From an uncultured Planctomycetaceae bacterium (lineage in GTDB: Bacteria > Planctomycetota > Planctomycetia > Planctomycetales > Planctomycetaceae), in NCBI GenBank assembly GCA_903924405.1, contig CAIYBH010000471.1, forward strand, positions 152 to 64,151: a stretch of DNA of 64,000 bases, in the 5' to 3' direction. Below, one piece after another: positions 48,831 to 56,826 of the stretch. Position 1 is the first letter of the stretch. Every line of letters starts with the position of its first letter. The position numbers and the translations under genes are program-made. The notes under the pieces were generated by a model. The model was not told the DNA's origin and ran no database searches. It was given only the letters and a program-made list of their open reading frames with translations.

Positions 48831-50489
48831 CTACACCGGACGTTTCCGCACAAACACAATTCCCTGACGGTCCTCGTATTCCGCTTTCCAGTCCGCCGAT
48901 TCCCGAATCTTCTTCACCAGCACCGGCTGCTCCGCCTTATTCACAATCGCCATGTTCATCCCGTACTCGTCCATCAGCGTCTGCCAGTCCGCAGGTCCGC
49001 GAATCAAACGCAGGTAGTCCTTCCAGACCTCCTCCGGCATCAGATGCACATGCAGATTCACCAGCGGTCGCAGCGACTGCGGTCCCCGATTCATCACATA
49101 GCCGCTCCATTCCGCCGGGACAAAGGCCAGCCCCCGCGGTATCGCCTGATACCCTCGCAGAAATTCCACAGTGCGGATCGGTGTCGCCGGCGACAACAGC
49201 CTTGATTCCTCCGGCACCACTCCCCGCAGCAGCTGAGTCCCAAAGGGGGTGATCGCGACGATAATCCACAACAGTCCCGCATTCGCGAGTGACCAGATCA
49301 CGGCCGGTTCCGACGGGTCCTGCACCTGCACCCGCGCTCGCAAACCACGAACCCCGGCCACCAGATGCACGCCCGCCACCACACCCGCCACCGGGGCAAA
49401 CCAGTTCAGCATTCGCACCGACCACGCTGCAAGGGCCCCCGTCAACACAAGCAGCAAAACTTCACCACATCGAATCCGACGCGGAGTGATCTTCAAGGCC
49501 AGCATCGTCAGTAACACCGCCGCTGCATACCACTGGCCCTGCACAGAACGCAACGTCAGCGGCGCCCACTCAAACATCGATTCCACATTCGGATTCGCCG
49601 AAAACTGCAGGACCTCCGGGTACACCAGCAGGCCCGCAGGATTCGCCAGCACGGCGACCGCGCACAACTGCAGCAACAGCAACCCGCGCCACGCCTCAGC
49701 ATCCCCCAACGTCACCGGCAGTGAGCGCGAACGAAACAGAACATCACCAAACCGGCCCGCAACCGACACCGCCAGTACAAGCAGTCCCAGCACAAACGAA
49801 CCGTGCAGATTGGCCCAAAGCCCGAATAACACCGGCCAGATCAAAAACTGCCAGCGTCCACCCCGTAGCGGTTGCAGGCCATAATTCAACACCGCGCAGT
49901 ACAGCAACAGCCCGGCCAGCTGTGGACGAATCACCTGCAGCTCATGCAGATTCAAACGCACATACACCAGCCCCGCCAACACCCCGGCAACCACCGATTG
50001 CCCGCGCAGCATGGCCAGTCGCGACACCAGAAACAAACTTCCTGCTGCCAGCAACGCCGCTGAAAACTGCAACGCCGTCAAACCCCAGCGCCGATTCAGC
50101 AGCTCCATCCCCAACTGCGATAACCACGCCGTATTGACCATCCGTACACCCGCCGAAACCGCCATTAACGGCTCCGTGTCCGGGACAGTGCCAGTCTGCA
50201 GAATCCGAGCCCCGTAGTTCAAATGATCCCACAAGTCTGTCGGCCACAACGGACGCCCCGCCAGATACACCAGCAGACTTCCCGACAGCACCAGCATCCA
50301 CGTCATCCCGGCGGATGCCTTCAGCCAGCGCGGCACACTGTCCGCCACGATCGTCGGACGCTCAAACGGCGCCGGCACAGTCGCATTCCCCTCGGGCAGG
50401 CTTTCCTGCACACCCGCAATCGGGGCAGATTCTTCAAGAGTCGCAGACATAGTTGGTTTGTTCTCAGTAGAGCGACACAGCGCGGACAT
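48831..50489 (-). CDS. Polytopic integral membrane protein (GT-C/ArnT-like topology suspected) with C-terminal soluble domain
   Basis: At least 10 hydrophobic segments (MTWMLVLSGSLLVYL, ALQFSAALLAAGSLFLV, VVAGVLAGLVYV, LAGLLLYCAVL, FLIWPVLFGLWANLHGSFVLGLLVLAV, LLLLQLCAVAVLA, YAAAVLLTMLAL, VLLLVLTGALAAW, FAPVAGVVAGVHLVA, AGLLWIIVAIT). Confidence 0.7.
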   Translation of the reverse strand: MSALCRSTENKPTMSATLEESAPIAGVQESLPEGNATVPAPFERPTIVADSVPRWLKASAGMTWMLVLSGSLLVYLAGRPLWPTDLWDHLNYGARILQTGTVPDTEPLMAVSAGVRMVNTAWLSQLGMELLNRRWGLTALQFSAALLAAGSLFLVSRLAMLRGQSVVAGVLAGLVYVRLNLHELQVIRPQLAGLLLYCAVLNYGLQPLRGGRWQFLIWPVLFGLWANLHGSFVLGLLVLAVSVAGRFGDVLFRSRSLPVTLGDAEAWRGLLLLQLCAVAVLANPAGLLVYPEVLQFSANPNVESMFEWAPLTLRSVQGQWYAAAVLLTMLALKITPRRIRCGEVLLLVLTGALAAWSVRMLNWFAPVAGVVAGVHLVAGVRGLRARVQVQDPSEPAVIWSLANAGLLWIIVAITPFGTQLLRGVVPEESRLLSPATPIRTVEFLRGYQAIPRGLAFVPAEWSGYVMNRGPQSLRPLVNLHVHLMPEEVWKDYLRLIRGPADWQTLMDEYGMNMAIVNKAEQPVLVKKIRESADWKAEYEDRQGIVFVRKRPV

Positions 50490-50922
50490 CCCGTCGATCC
50501 CGACGGTCAGACGCCAGACTTTAACCCAAACCGCGCCGCAATACTGAGCGGAAAAACGCCTCGCGCCCCACTGTCATCCAATCCGGAACAGGACCGTGGC
50601 AGATAGAGCGCCTGTAGCGAATAGGGGGGATTTACCTCCATCGACACCAGCCCTCAAACGCCTTTCTCCGGAAATCCCGCGGGAAATCCCTGTCTTTCCG
50701 CAGGGCTCACTGGAAAAATTGCGAAACTGGCCTGAACGAATTCCGAACTCCGGCAGAGGAATTCGACCTGCACCCCAGGCACAATCGCTGATCACACGCG
50801 TGCATTTGCCACTCGCACTTCCTACAACGTGTACAGCGACTGCTGTCCGGACGCATGGCGACCGGGCCCTGCAAAACACGTCCTCCTGCAGACAACGGCC
50901 CAAACCCTCAAAGAACTCAAGC

Positions 50923-51933
50923 ATGCCCGAAGCTTTTCTGGAACTGGAGCATCACGACGAAGCCCGTGCCCTGTTCGGCTCACGCGACGAGAACCTGCGT
51001 CGACTGTGCTCCGAAACCGGCGCACAGGTGGTCCTCCGTGGCAATCAGGTCCGCATCCTTGGTGAAACCCCGCAGGTGCAAGCCTGCCTTGATACACTCC
51101 GCAAATGGCGAGGATTGCTGGCAAAACAACAGGAACTGACCACAGAAACCGTCGCTGCTACCCTGGCGCCGACACCCCCCGCGCCCCCGCGTCAACCCCC
51201 GGAACCACCGTCTCGCGGTGCTTCAGTCCTCGCCGAAGCCGGCTGGCCTGCGCGCGGCCTGACAGAGCTGCGCTCCGGTCGGGATCGCGTCGGCACCATT
51301 CGGCCCAAAACCGACGGACAGGCCCGCTACATGGAGGCCATTCGCCGCCACGATCTGGTCTTCGCCGATGGCCCCGCCGGATCCGGAAAAACCTACCTCG
51401 CCGTCGCACTCGCGCTCGAAGCCCTCCGCGCCGAACAGGTCCGCAAAATTGTTCTCGTTCGCCCAGCGGTCGAAGCCGGCGAAAAACTGGGATTTCTCCC
51501 CGGTGATATGTTCGCCAAGGTCAACCCGTTCATTCGCCCGCTCCTCGATGCGATGCACGATATGATCGATTTCGATCAGGTCCGCCGCTACATGTCCAAT
51601 GATGTGATCGAAATCCTGCCGCTCGCGTTCATGCGAGGCCGCACGCTGAACGACACCTTCATGATCCTTGACGAGGCACAAAACACCACTGTGACCCAGA
51701 TGAAAATGTTCCTGACCCGTATGGGACAGAACTCCCGCATCGTCGTCACCGGTGATTCCACACAAAATGACCTCGAAAAAGGCGTGCAATCCGGATTCAA
51801 GGATGCAATTCGGCGACTTTCTGCCATCTCCGGAGTTGCGACAGTGCAGCTGACCGGTAAGGATATTGTCAGACACAGGCTGGTTCGGGAGATCGTTTCG
51901 GCGTACGAAACGGAACAGGAGCGACCGTCTTGA
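50923..51933 (+). CDS. phoH: PhoH-family ATPase (PhoH/YbeZ) with N-terminal KH-like region
   Basis: DGPAGSGKTYLAVALALEAL (Walker A), IVLVRPAVEAGEKLGFLPGD, LAFMRGRTLNDTFMILDEAQNTT, RIVVTGDSTQNDL. ATG at 50923. Confidence 0.92.
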   Translation: MPEAFLELEHHDEARALFGSRDENLRRLCSETGAQVVLRGNQVRILGETPQVQACLDTLRKWRGLLAKQQELTTETVAATLAPTPPAPPRQPPEPPSRGASVLAEAGWPARGLTELRSGRDRVGTIRPKTDGQARYMEAIRRHDLVFADGPAGSGKTYLAVALALEALRAEQVRKIVLVRPAVEAGEKLGFLPGDMFAKVNPFIRPLLDAMHDMIDFDQVRRYMSNDVIEILPLAFMRGRTLNDTFMILDEAQNTTVTQMKMFLTRMGQNSRIVVTGDSTQNDLEKGVQSGFKDAIRRLSAISGVATVQLTGKDIVRHRLVREIVSAYETEQERPS

Positions 51934-52125
51934 AGACGCTCCCTGAACTCTTCCGCATCAGCCAGCGCGATGGACGCTCATCCGTCGGTTCACTGCTCTC
52001 ATGAGAAGCTCATCACCGGGATTCCCGGGATTCTTTCGAATCCTGCGGACTGCGGTTGACCTGTACACACCGCGACTCCGCGTCCCCGCAGAGCCTCGCT
52101 GCCTGCTTCAACCTGCCACGGAAGG

Positions 52126-54444
52126 GTGATCGCCATGTCGTTCTTTGGAACTAGGCGATCACGCCACACCCGGCTGTTTCGCCCCACGCCAACCACGCGC
52201 GACCGGCTCCTGTCCGCCTTCCGCGATTACCGCATCCTGACTTTGGTGATGCTTACCGTCGTCTCCGTGTTCGGACTGCTCATCGCGTCACAGACCTGGA
52301 ACGCACGCTTCAACTATCGTACCGGCCAGATTGCCGCCGTCGGTATCCAGGCACGTACCGACTTCGCAGTCGAAAACGTCGACGAAAGCCGCCGGCAACT
52401 TGACGAAGCGATCAAGGCCGCCCCTCTCGTCCTGCGCCATGAAGCCCCCGTCATCGAACGCCTCCAGTCGCTGCTTCGCGATCAGCTCAGCGAAATGGCC
52501 AACGCCGAAACCATCAAGGACGTCAACGAATCCATCCTCACCGGCTTCGGCATCGCCAATGATGGCAGCGATACCCAGGAAACCTCCTTCAGCGTCCTCA
52601 GAAATCAACTTCGCGACCCCGAAGGTTCCAAAGGCGAACGCATCGACGAACTCATGCGCGAATTCGACCTGCTCACCCGGGACGCCCGCCGACTCGGACT
52701 GATCGACACCTCCGCCGCCCGCCGCCTCTTCGGTGACAACGCGGAAACCTCCCTTGTCCTCGACCGCAATCGAGCCATCAAAGTCCTCGACGAAGTCGGC
52801 AACACCGTGCACAACGGTGTGCTCGCAGACGTCCTGCTGCAGGAACAACTGCGCGAAACCGGACGACTCGGCAAAAACTGGCCCACGCTCGGCAAACTCG
52901 CACGCCTGCAGAAAAACATCGAAATCTGGCTGCAGGTCAACCTGAAAAGCCAGTTGCGCCGCGACAACGAAGCCACCGCCGCAGAACTCCAGGCCGCCCG
53001 CGACTCCGCCACAGGAAAATTTGATCGCTATATCGCCGGGACCGTGATTGTCCCCGCTGAAACTCAACTGAACGAAACCCACCGCAGACTCCTGCAACTG
53101 GAACATGATGCCTTCGAAAGCAAACTGTCTGTTAAACAGAAAACCATCCGACTCCTCGGTTGGACCGTGCTCATCACGATGCTGGTGATCCTCTTCGGCA
53201 TGTTCCTCAACTATGCCTCGCCACGTATGCTGTTCGATACCCCGCGACTCATCATCTTTCTCCTCATGTGCTGCACGACCGTCCTGCTCTCCTGCATCGC
53301 CAGCGATGATCCACTGCGCGCCGAAATCATACCGCTCCTCGCCGCCGTGATGATTTCCGCGATCGTCTACAGCCAGGTCGTGGCCATCATGACCGCCTTC
53401 TGCCTCTCACTCATCATTTCACTGGCCACACTCGCCACGCTCGGCCACTTCATGATCCTGATGACGATCTGCACCACATCCATCCTGCCCCTCCGACGTA
53501 TCAAGTCACGATTGGTCATGATCAAAGTCGGATTCCTCCTCGCCGTCGTCTCGTTCTGCGCCGTCTGGGGTGTCGGTGTTCTGGAACAGCAGGGTGTCAC
53601 CGATTCGTGGCGCAACCTCGGTATCATCGTCACTGCCCTCAAATTCGCCGGTTGGTCACTCGTCTGCTGCTACCTTGTTGCCGGCAGTCTGCCCTTCATC
53701 GAACAGGCTTTCGGTATCGTTACCGACATCAGCCTGCTGGAACTCACCGGAGTCTCACATCCGCTGCTGATGGAACTCTCCCGTCGCGCTCCGGGAACCT
53801 ACAACCACTCCATGACCGTCGCCTCCATGGCCGAAGCCGCCGCCGAATCCATCGGTGCCAACGGACTCCTCGTTCGCGTCGGGGCCTACTTCCACGACAT
53901 CGGCAAAATGATGAAGCCGGAATACTTCATCGAGAACATCGTCGAAGGCACCGAAAACCCCCACAACTCACTGGCACCCGCCATGAGCACTCTGATCATC
54001 ATCGGGCATGTCAAGGATGGACTCGAACTCGCGGAAGAAAACAATCTTCCGGAACCACTGCATCCCTTCATCACTCAGCACCACGGCACCACGCTGGTCG
54101 AATACTTCTACCGCGAAGCCGCACGCAAGGCCGACGTGGACCATCGCACCGACGCCGCGGAATCCAGCTTCCGCTACCCGGGCCCCAAACCCCAGTCCCG
54201 TGAAACCGCAGTCCTCATGGTCGCCGATGCCGTCGAAAGTGCCAGCCGTACCCTGAAGGAACCCACGCCGCGACGCATCCAGTCCCTTGTCCATGAAATC
54301 ATCATGAAACGCCTCCTCGACGGGCAGTTCGATGAATGCAATCTGCAGATGAACGAAATCCGACGCATCGAAGACTCGCTCATCAAGTCCCTGCTCGCTG
54401 CCCACCATGGTCGCGTCCGCTACCCGGGCCAGAAAACCGCCTGA
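52126..54444 (+). CDS. 7TM-receptor/HD-domain (HDIG) membrane phosphohydrolase, PgpH/YqfF family
   Basis: Extracellular N-domain, 7 TM helices (~53150-53700). HD domain: GTYNHSMTVASMAEAAAESIGANGLLVRVGAYFHDIGKMMKPEYF...LIIIGHVKDGLELA...ITQHHGTTLVEYF. GTG at 52126, ATG at 52135. Confidence 0.9.
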   Translation: MIAMSFFGTRRSRHTRLFRPTPTTRDRLLSAFRDYRILTLVMLTVVSVFGLLIASQTWNARFNYRTGQIAAVGIQARTDFAVENVDESRRQLDEAIKAAPLVLRHEAPVIERLQSLLRDQLSEMANAETIKDVNESILTGFGIANDGSDTQETSFSVLRNQLRDPEGSKGERIDELMREFDLLTRDARRLGLIDTSAARRLFGDNAETSLVLDRNRAIKVLDEVGNTVHNGVLADVLLQEQLRETGRLGKNWPTLGKLARLQKNIEIWLQVNLKSQLRRDNEATAAELQAARDSATGKFDRYIAGTVIVPAETQLNETHRRLLQLEHDAFESKLSVKQKTIRLLGWTVLITMLVILFGMFLNYASPRMLFDTPRLIIFLLMCCTTVLLSCIASDDPLRAEIIPLLAAVMISAIVYSQVVAIMTAFCLSLIISLATLATLGHFMILMTICTTSILPLRRIKSRLVMIKVGFLLAVVSFCAVWGVGVLEQQGVTDSWRNLGIIVTALKFAGWSLVCCYLVAGSLPFIEQAFGIVTDISLLELTGVSHPLLMELSRRAPGTYNHSMTVASMAEAAAESIGANGLLVRVGAYFHDIGKMMKPEYFIENIVEGTENPHNSLAPAMSTLIIIGHVKDGLELAEENNLPEPLHPFITQHHGTTLVEYFYREAARKADVDHRTDAAESSFRYPGPKPQSRETAVLMVADAVESASRTLKEPTPRRIQSLVHEIIMKRLLDGQFDECNLQMNEIRRIEDSLIKSLLAAHHGRVRYPGQKTA

Positions 54445-54587
54445 AGTCGCTCCGCTGTTCCCCGAAGCCCTGTCTGTCGTGATTCGCTTCGGCGAAATGC
54501 ACGACAACCTGCCCTGTGTGACCCTGATTACGACCACAGCCAAAACTGAAACAACCGGCCCCTGCCCTTCCAACGTGGACATCGCCC

Positions 54588-55553
54588 GTGACCGTTCGCA
54601 GTTTCACCATCACCGAACAGACTGCTGGAGCTATTCTTTCCGCTCTGCGAAAACACGATACGACGCTCACGTGGTCGGCCGCTCGCTCCCTGCTGGCCGC
54701 ACGACGACTGGGAGTCAACGGCATCCTTGTCATCGATGAGGGCCGCCGAGTCCAGCCGGGCGATCAGCTGGACGTCCGTGCCACCGCATTTCCGCCGCCG
54801 CCGAGCGACAGTGACGTGCGGATTCTGTTTCTTGACCCCCACGTAGTTGTGGCGGAGAAGCCCTCTGGGATGCTGTCCGTGCGACATCCCGGCGATCAGG
54901 ACTGGCGACCGCAACGCCGCCAGCGACAGCCGTCTCTGGAAGAATCGCTGCAGCGGCTGATTGAAAAACGCGAACGCCGTACCGCCGCGCCGAACTTTGC
55001 CGAACTGCTGCCGGTGCACCGGATTGACCGTGAGACCAGCGGGATTCTGGTCTTTGCCCGCACGTCCGAGGCACAACAGGGGTTGATCACCCAGTTTGCA
55101 GCGCACCAGACACTTCGACGTTACCTCTGCGTCGTGCCCGGTCACCCGAAAGCCACCACGCTCCGGTCCTATCAGATTCGGGATCGCGGCGATGGCCTGC
55201 GTGGCAGCGGCAGCGAAGACCAACCCGGGCGACACATGATCACCCACATTCAGCCGCTCAGAGCCCCCGGGGGCTATACGGAACTGGAATGTCGGCTGGA
55301 AACTGGCCGAACGAACCAGATCCGCATACAGCTGGCCGAGATCGGCCATCCGTTGTGTGGTGACGTGAAATACCGGGGGCCCTATGGAGCCGCCCCGCTA
55401 CCGGACCACAGTCAAGCCCCGCGTCTCGCACTGCATGCCGCCGAGCTGGGATTTCGGCACCCGGTGACCGGGGTTGAGCACGCCTGGCAACGCCCCTGGC
55501 CCGGCGACATCCTGCGCTGGCTGGCCACCATTAAATCTTACAGGGCACCTTAG
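54588..55553 (+). CDS. RluA-family pseudouridine synthase with N-terminal S4-like domain
   Basis: LLPVHRIDRETSGILVFARTSEAQ (catalytic Asp block), GRTNQIRIQLAEIGHPLCGDVKY, LALHAAELGFRHPVTG. Confidence 0.9.
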   Translation: MTVRSFTITEQTAGAILSALRKHDTTLTWSAARSLLAARRLGVNGILVIDEGRRVQPGDQLDVRATAFPPPPSDSDVRILFLDPHVVVAEKPSGMLSVRHPGDQDWRPQRRQRQPSLEESLQRLIEKRERRTAAPNFAELLPVHRIDRETSGILVFARTSEAQQGLITQFAAHQTLRRYLCVVPGHPKATTLRSYQIRDRGDGLRGSGSEDQPGRHMITHIQPLRAPGGYTELECRLETGRTNQIRIQLAEIGHPLCGDVKYRGPYGAAPLPDHSQAPRLALHAAELGFRHPVTGVEHAWQRPWPGDILRWLATIKSYRAP

Positions 55554-55590
55554 TTTTGCGGCCCCGCGTTGTCCCGGGGCTACTGGATTA

Positions 55591-55656
55591 TGGAATTGAT
55601 AGGGCAGATAGGACCGATAGGATACATCAGTCCCATCAGTCTCATCAGTCCCATCC
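55591..55656. repeat. 9-nt-periodic tandem array (7 units: nnnGATAGG x3, then nnnCATCAG x3-4)
   Basis: attgatagg gcagatagg accgatagg atacatcag tcccatcag tctcatcag tcccatcc. It abuts the stop codon (55657-55659) of the 4HB gene and is the reverse complement of units in the first half of the 56470-56636 array. Confidence 0.85.
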
Positions 55657-56268
55657 TCAGCCACTGGACCGTTTCCCACCATTCCTCGCGTGAAGGCGTG
55701 CACGCGTCATACGCTCCCGTAGCCCTCCTTCCTGCAGAAAATCCCGTTCCAGCCGCCGCAACTGCTGGTCCAGCAGGTAATTTGTCTGGTGAATCAGGCA
55801 GACCTGTATGTTGGCGACAATCTCTGCCGCACGAGTCCTGAAATACGGCTCAAATGCAGCACTGTCCACTCCGTCGCGTGCCCCCAGTCGCCGCACAAAC
55901 GTGGCTTGCTCGCTGTCCCGCCCCCACAGCGCGGCCTGATGCACCCGCAGATAGTCTCGATAGTCCTCGAGCAGCTCCTCAAGACTGGCGCGCGCCACAT
56001 TGGTCAGCTTGATTTCCATTTCCCGCGACGTGCCGCTGGCACGGCTGCCCTCCACAATATTCTGCTTGCCCGATCGAGCGGCCTGAACCATTTGATCGTG
56101 AGTCCGACTGCGGCGATCTATAAAACGCTCACAAAACCACACGGTTCCATCGTAGACAATCCTTGCTTTTTGAAACGACAGCAACTGTTCGTAACCACCA
56201 TGCGGCGGAATAAAGCCAGGTCCGCTCAAACTTGCCGACCGCTGATCACGACCTCCGCGCTCAGCCAT
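55657..56268 (-). CDS. Four-helix-bundle protein with suffix domain (23S rRNA intervening-sequence protein / Avd family)
   Basis: GGYEQLLSFQKARIVYDGTVWFCERFIDRRSRTHDQMVQAARSGKQNIVEGSRASGTSREMEIKLTNVARASLEELLEDYRDYLR...NYLLDQQLRRLERDFLQEGGLRERM matches the highly conserved core of this family. Confidence 0.88.
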   Translation of the reverse strand: MAERGGRDQRSASLSGPGFIPPHGGYEQLLSFQKARIVYDGTVWFCERFIDRRSRTHDQMVQAARSGKQNIVEGSRASGTSREMEIKLTNVARASLEELLEDYRDYLRVHQAALWGRDSEQATFVRRLGARDGVDSAAFEPYFRTRAAEIVANIQVCLIHQTNYLLDQQLRRLERDFLQEGGLRERMTRARLHARNGGKRSSG

Positions 56269-56469
56269 AACGACACCCTGCCGCCGAATGAGACAAAAAC
56301 CCAGAAAAAGATGCGATGCAAGTGATAATGAATATCATGCCGAAGTGCAATAAAAAATCGGCATATAAGGTGAAATAAAAGATAATAATTGGGCTGCGAT
56401 AGTTGGTATAACATCAGGGTAGATGCAAAAACACCCTGAAGTCTTGTCGGAAGTTCTGTTTTTACAGGG

Positions 56470-56636
56470 ATGCATGGGACTGATGGGACTGATGCGACCG
56501 ATGGGACTGATGCGACTGATGCGACCGATGTGACTGATGCGACCGATAGAACACATCCGTCGTATCCGTCACATCAGTCCCATATGTCTCATATTTCCCA
56601 TATGTCCCATCCAGTCCCATCCAGTCCCATCCTTCC
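56470..56636. repeat. 9-nt-periodic array organised as a ~165-nt imperfect palindrome
   Basis: About 9 units aCYGATGnG (atgcatggg actgatggg actgatgcg accgatggg actgatgcg actgatgcg accgatgtg actgatgcg accgataga). After a centre at ~56548-56554, about 9 units of the complementary type (acacatccg tcgtatccg tcacatcag tcccatatg tctcatatt tcccatatg tcccatcca gtcccatcca gtcccatcc). Around the centre, gatgcgaccgat pairs with atccgtcgtatc. Confidence 0.85.
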
Positions 56637-56826
56637 TCGCCGCAAATCCCGGCTCCGGGTGAACGATATCAGCGTCCATCGGTCCGCTTCAGGCTGCCGA
56701 TCCCGGAATTCCGATACCGAGGTATTGATTAGGCGGGTGAAAACCGGTCCCGGAGTTTAGAATACGCCCCCACGCGAACTTCCGCTCAGGAAGTTCCGGC
56801 TTTTCAATGACACGGAAAATGGCGGG

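Noticed and set aside
55657-56268. 4HB protein as the Avd component of a diversity-generating retroelement
   Set aside because: No reverse transcriptase ORF and no template/variable repeat pair with adenine-specific differences is visible within the window. The flanking repeats are short-period arrays, not TR/VR.
56470-56636. Possible CRISPR array
   Set aside because: The period is only 9 nt with no unique spacers, units are contiguous, and there are no cas genes in the window.
56470-56760. ORFs encoding tripeptide repeats (TDATDGTDATD..., SHMSHISHMSH; also 56335..56556 minus ISPIGRISHIG, and 55569..55841 plus IGQIGPIGYISPISLISPI)
   Set aside because: They are artefacts of the 9-nt repeat arrays. 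The arrays are open in several frames on both strands and palindromic, which argues for a DNA/RNA-level feature rather than coding.
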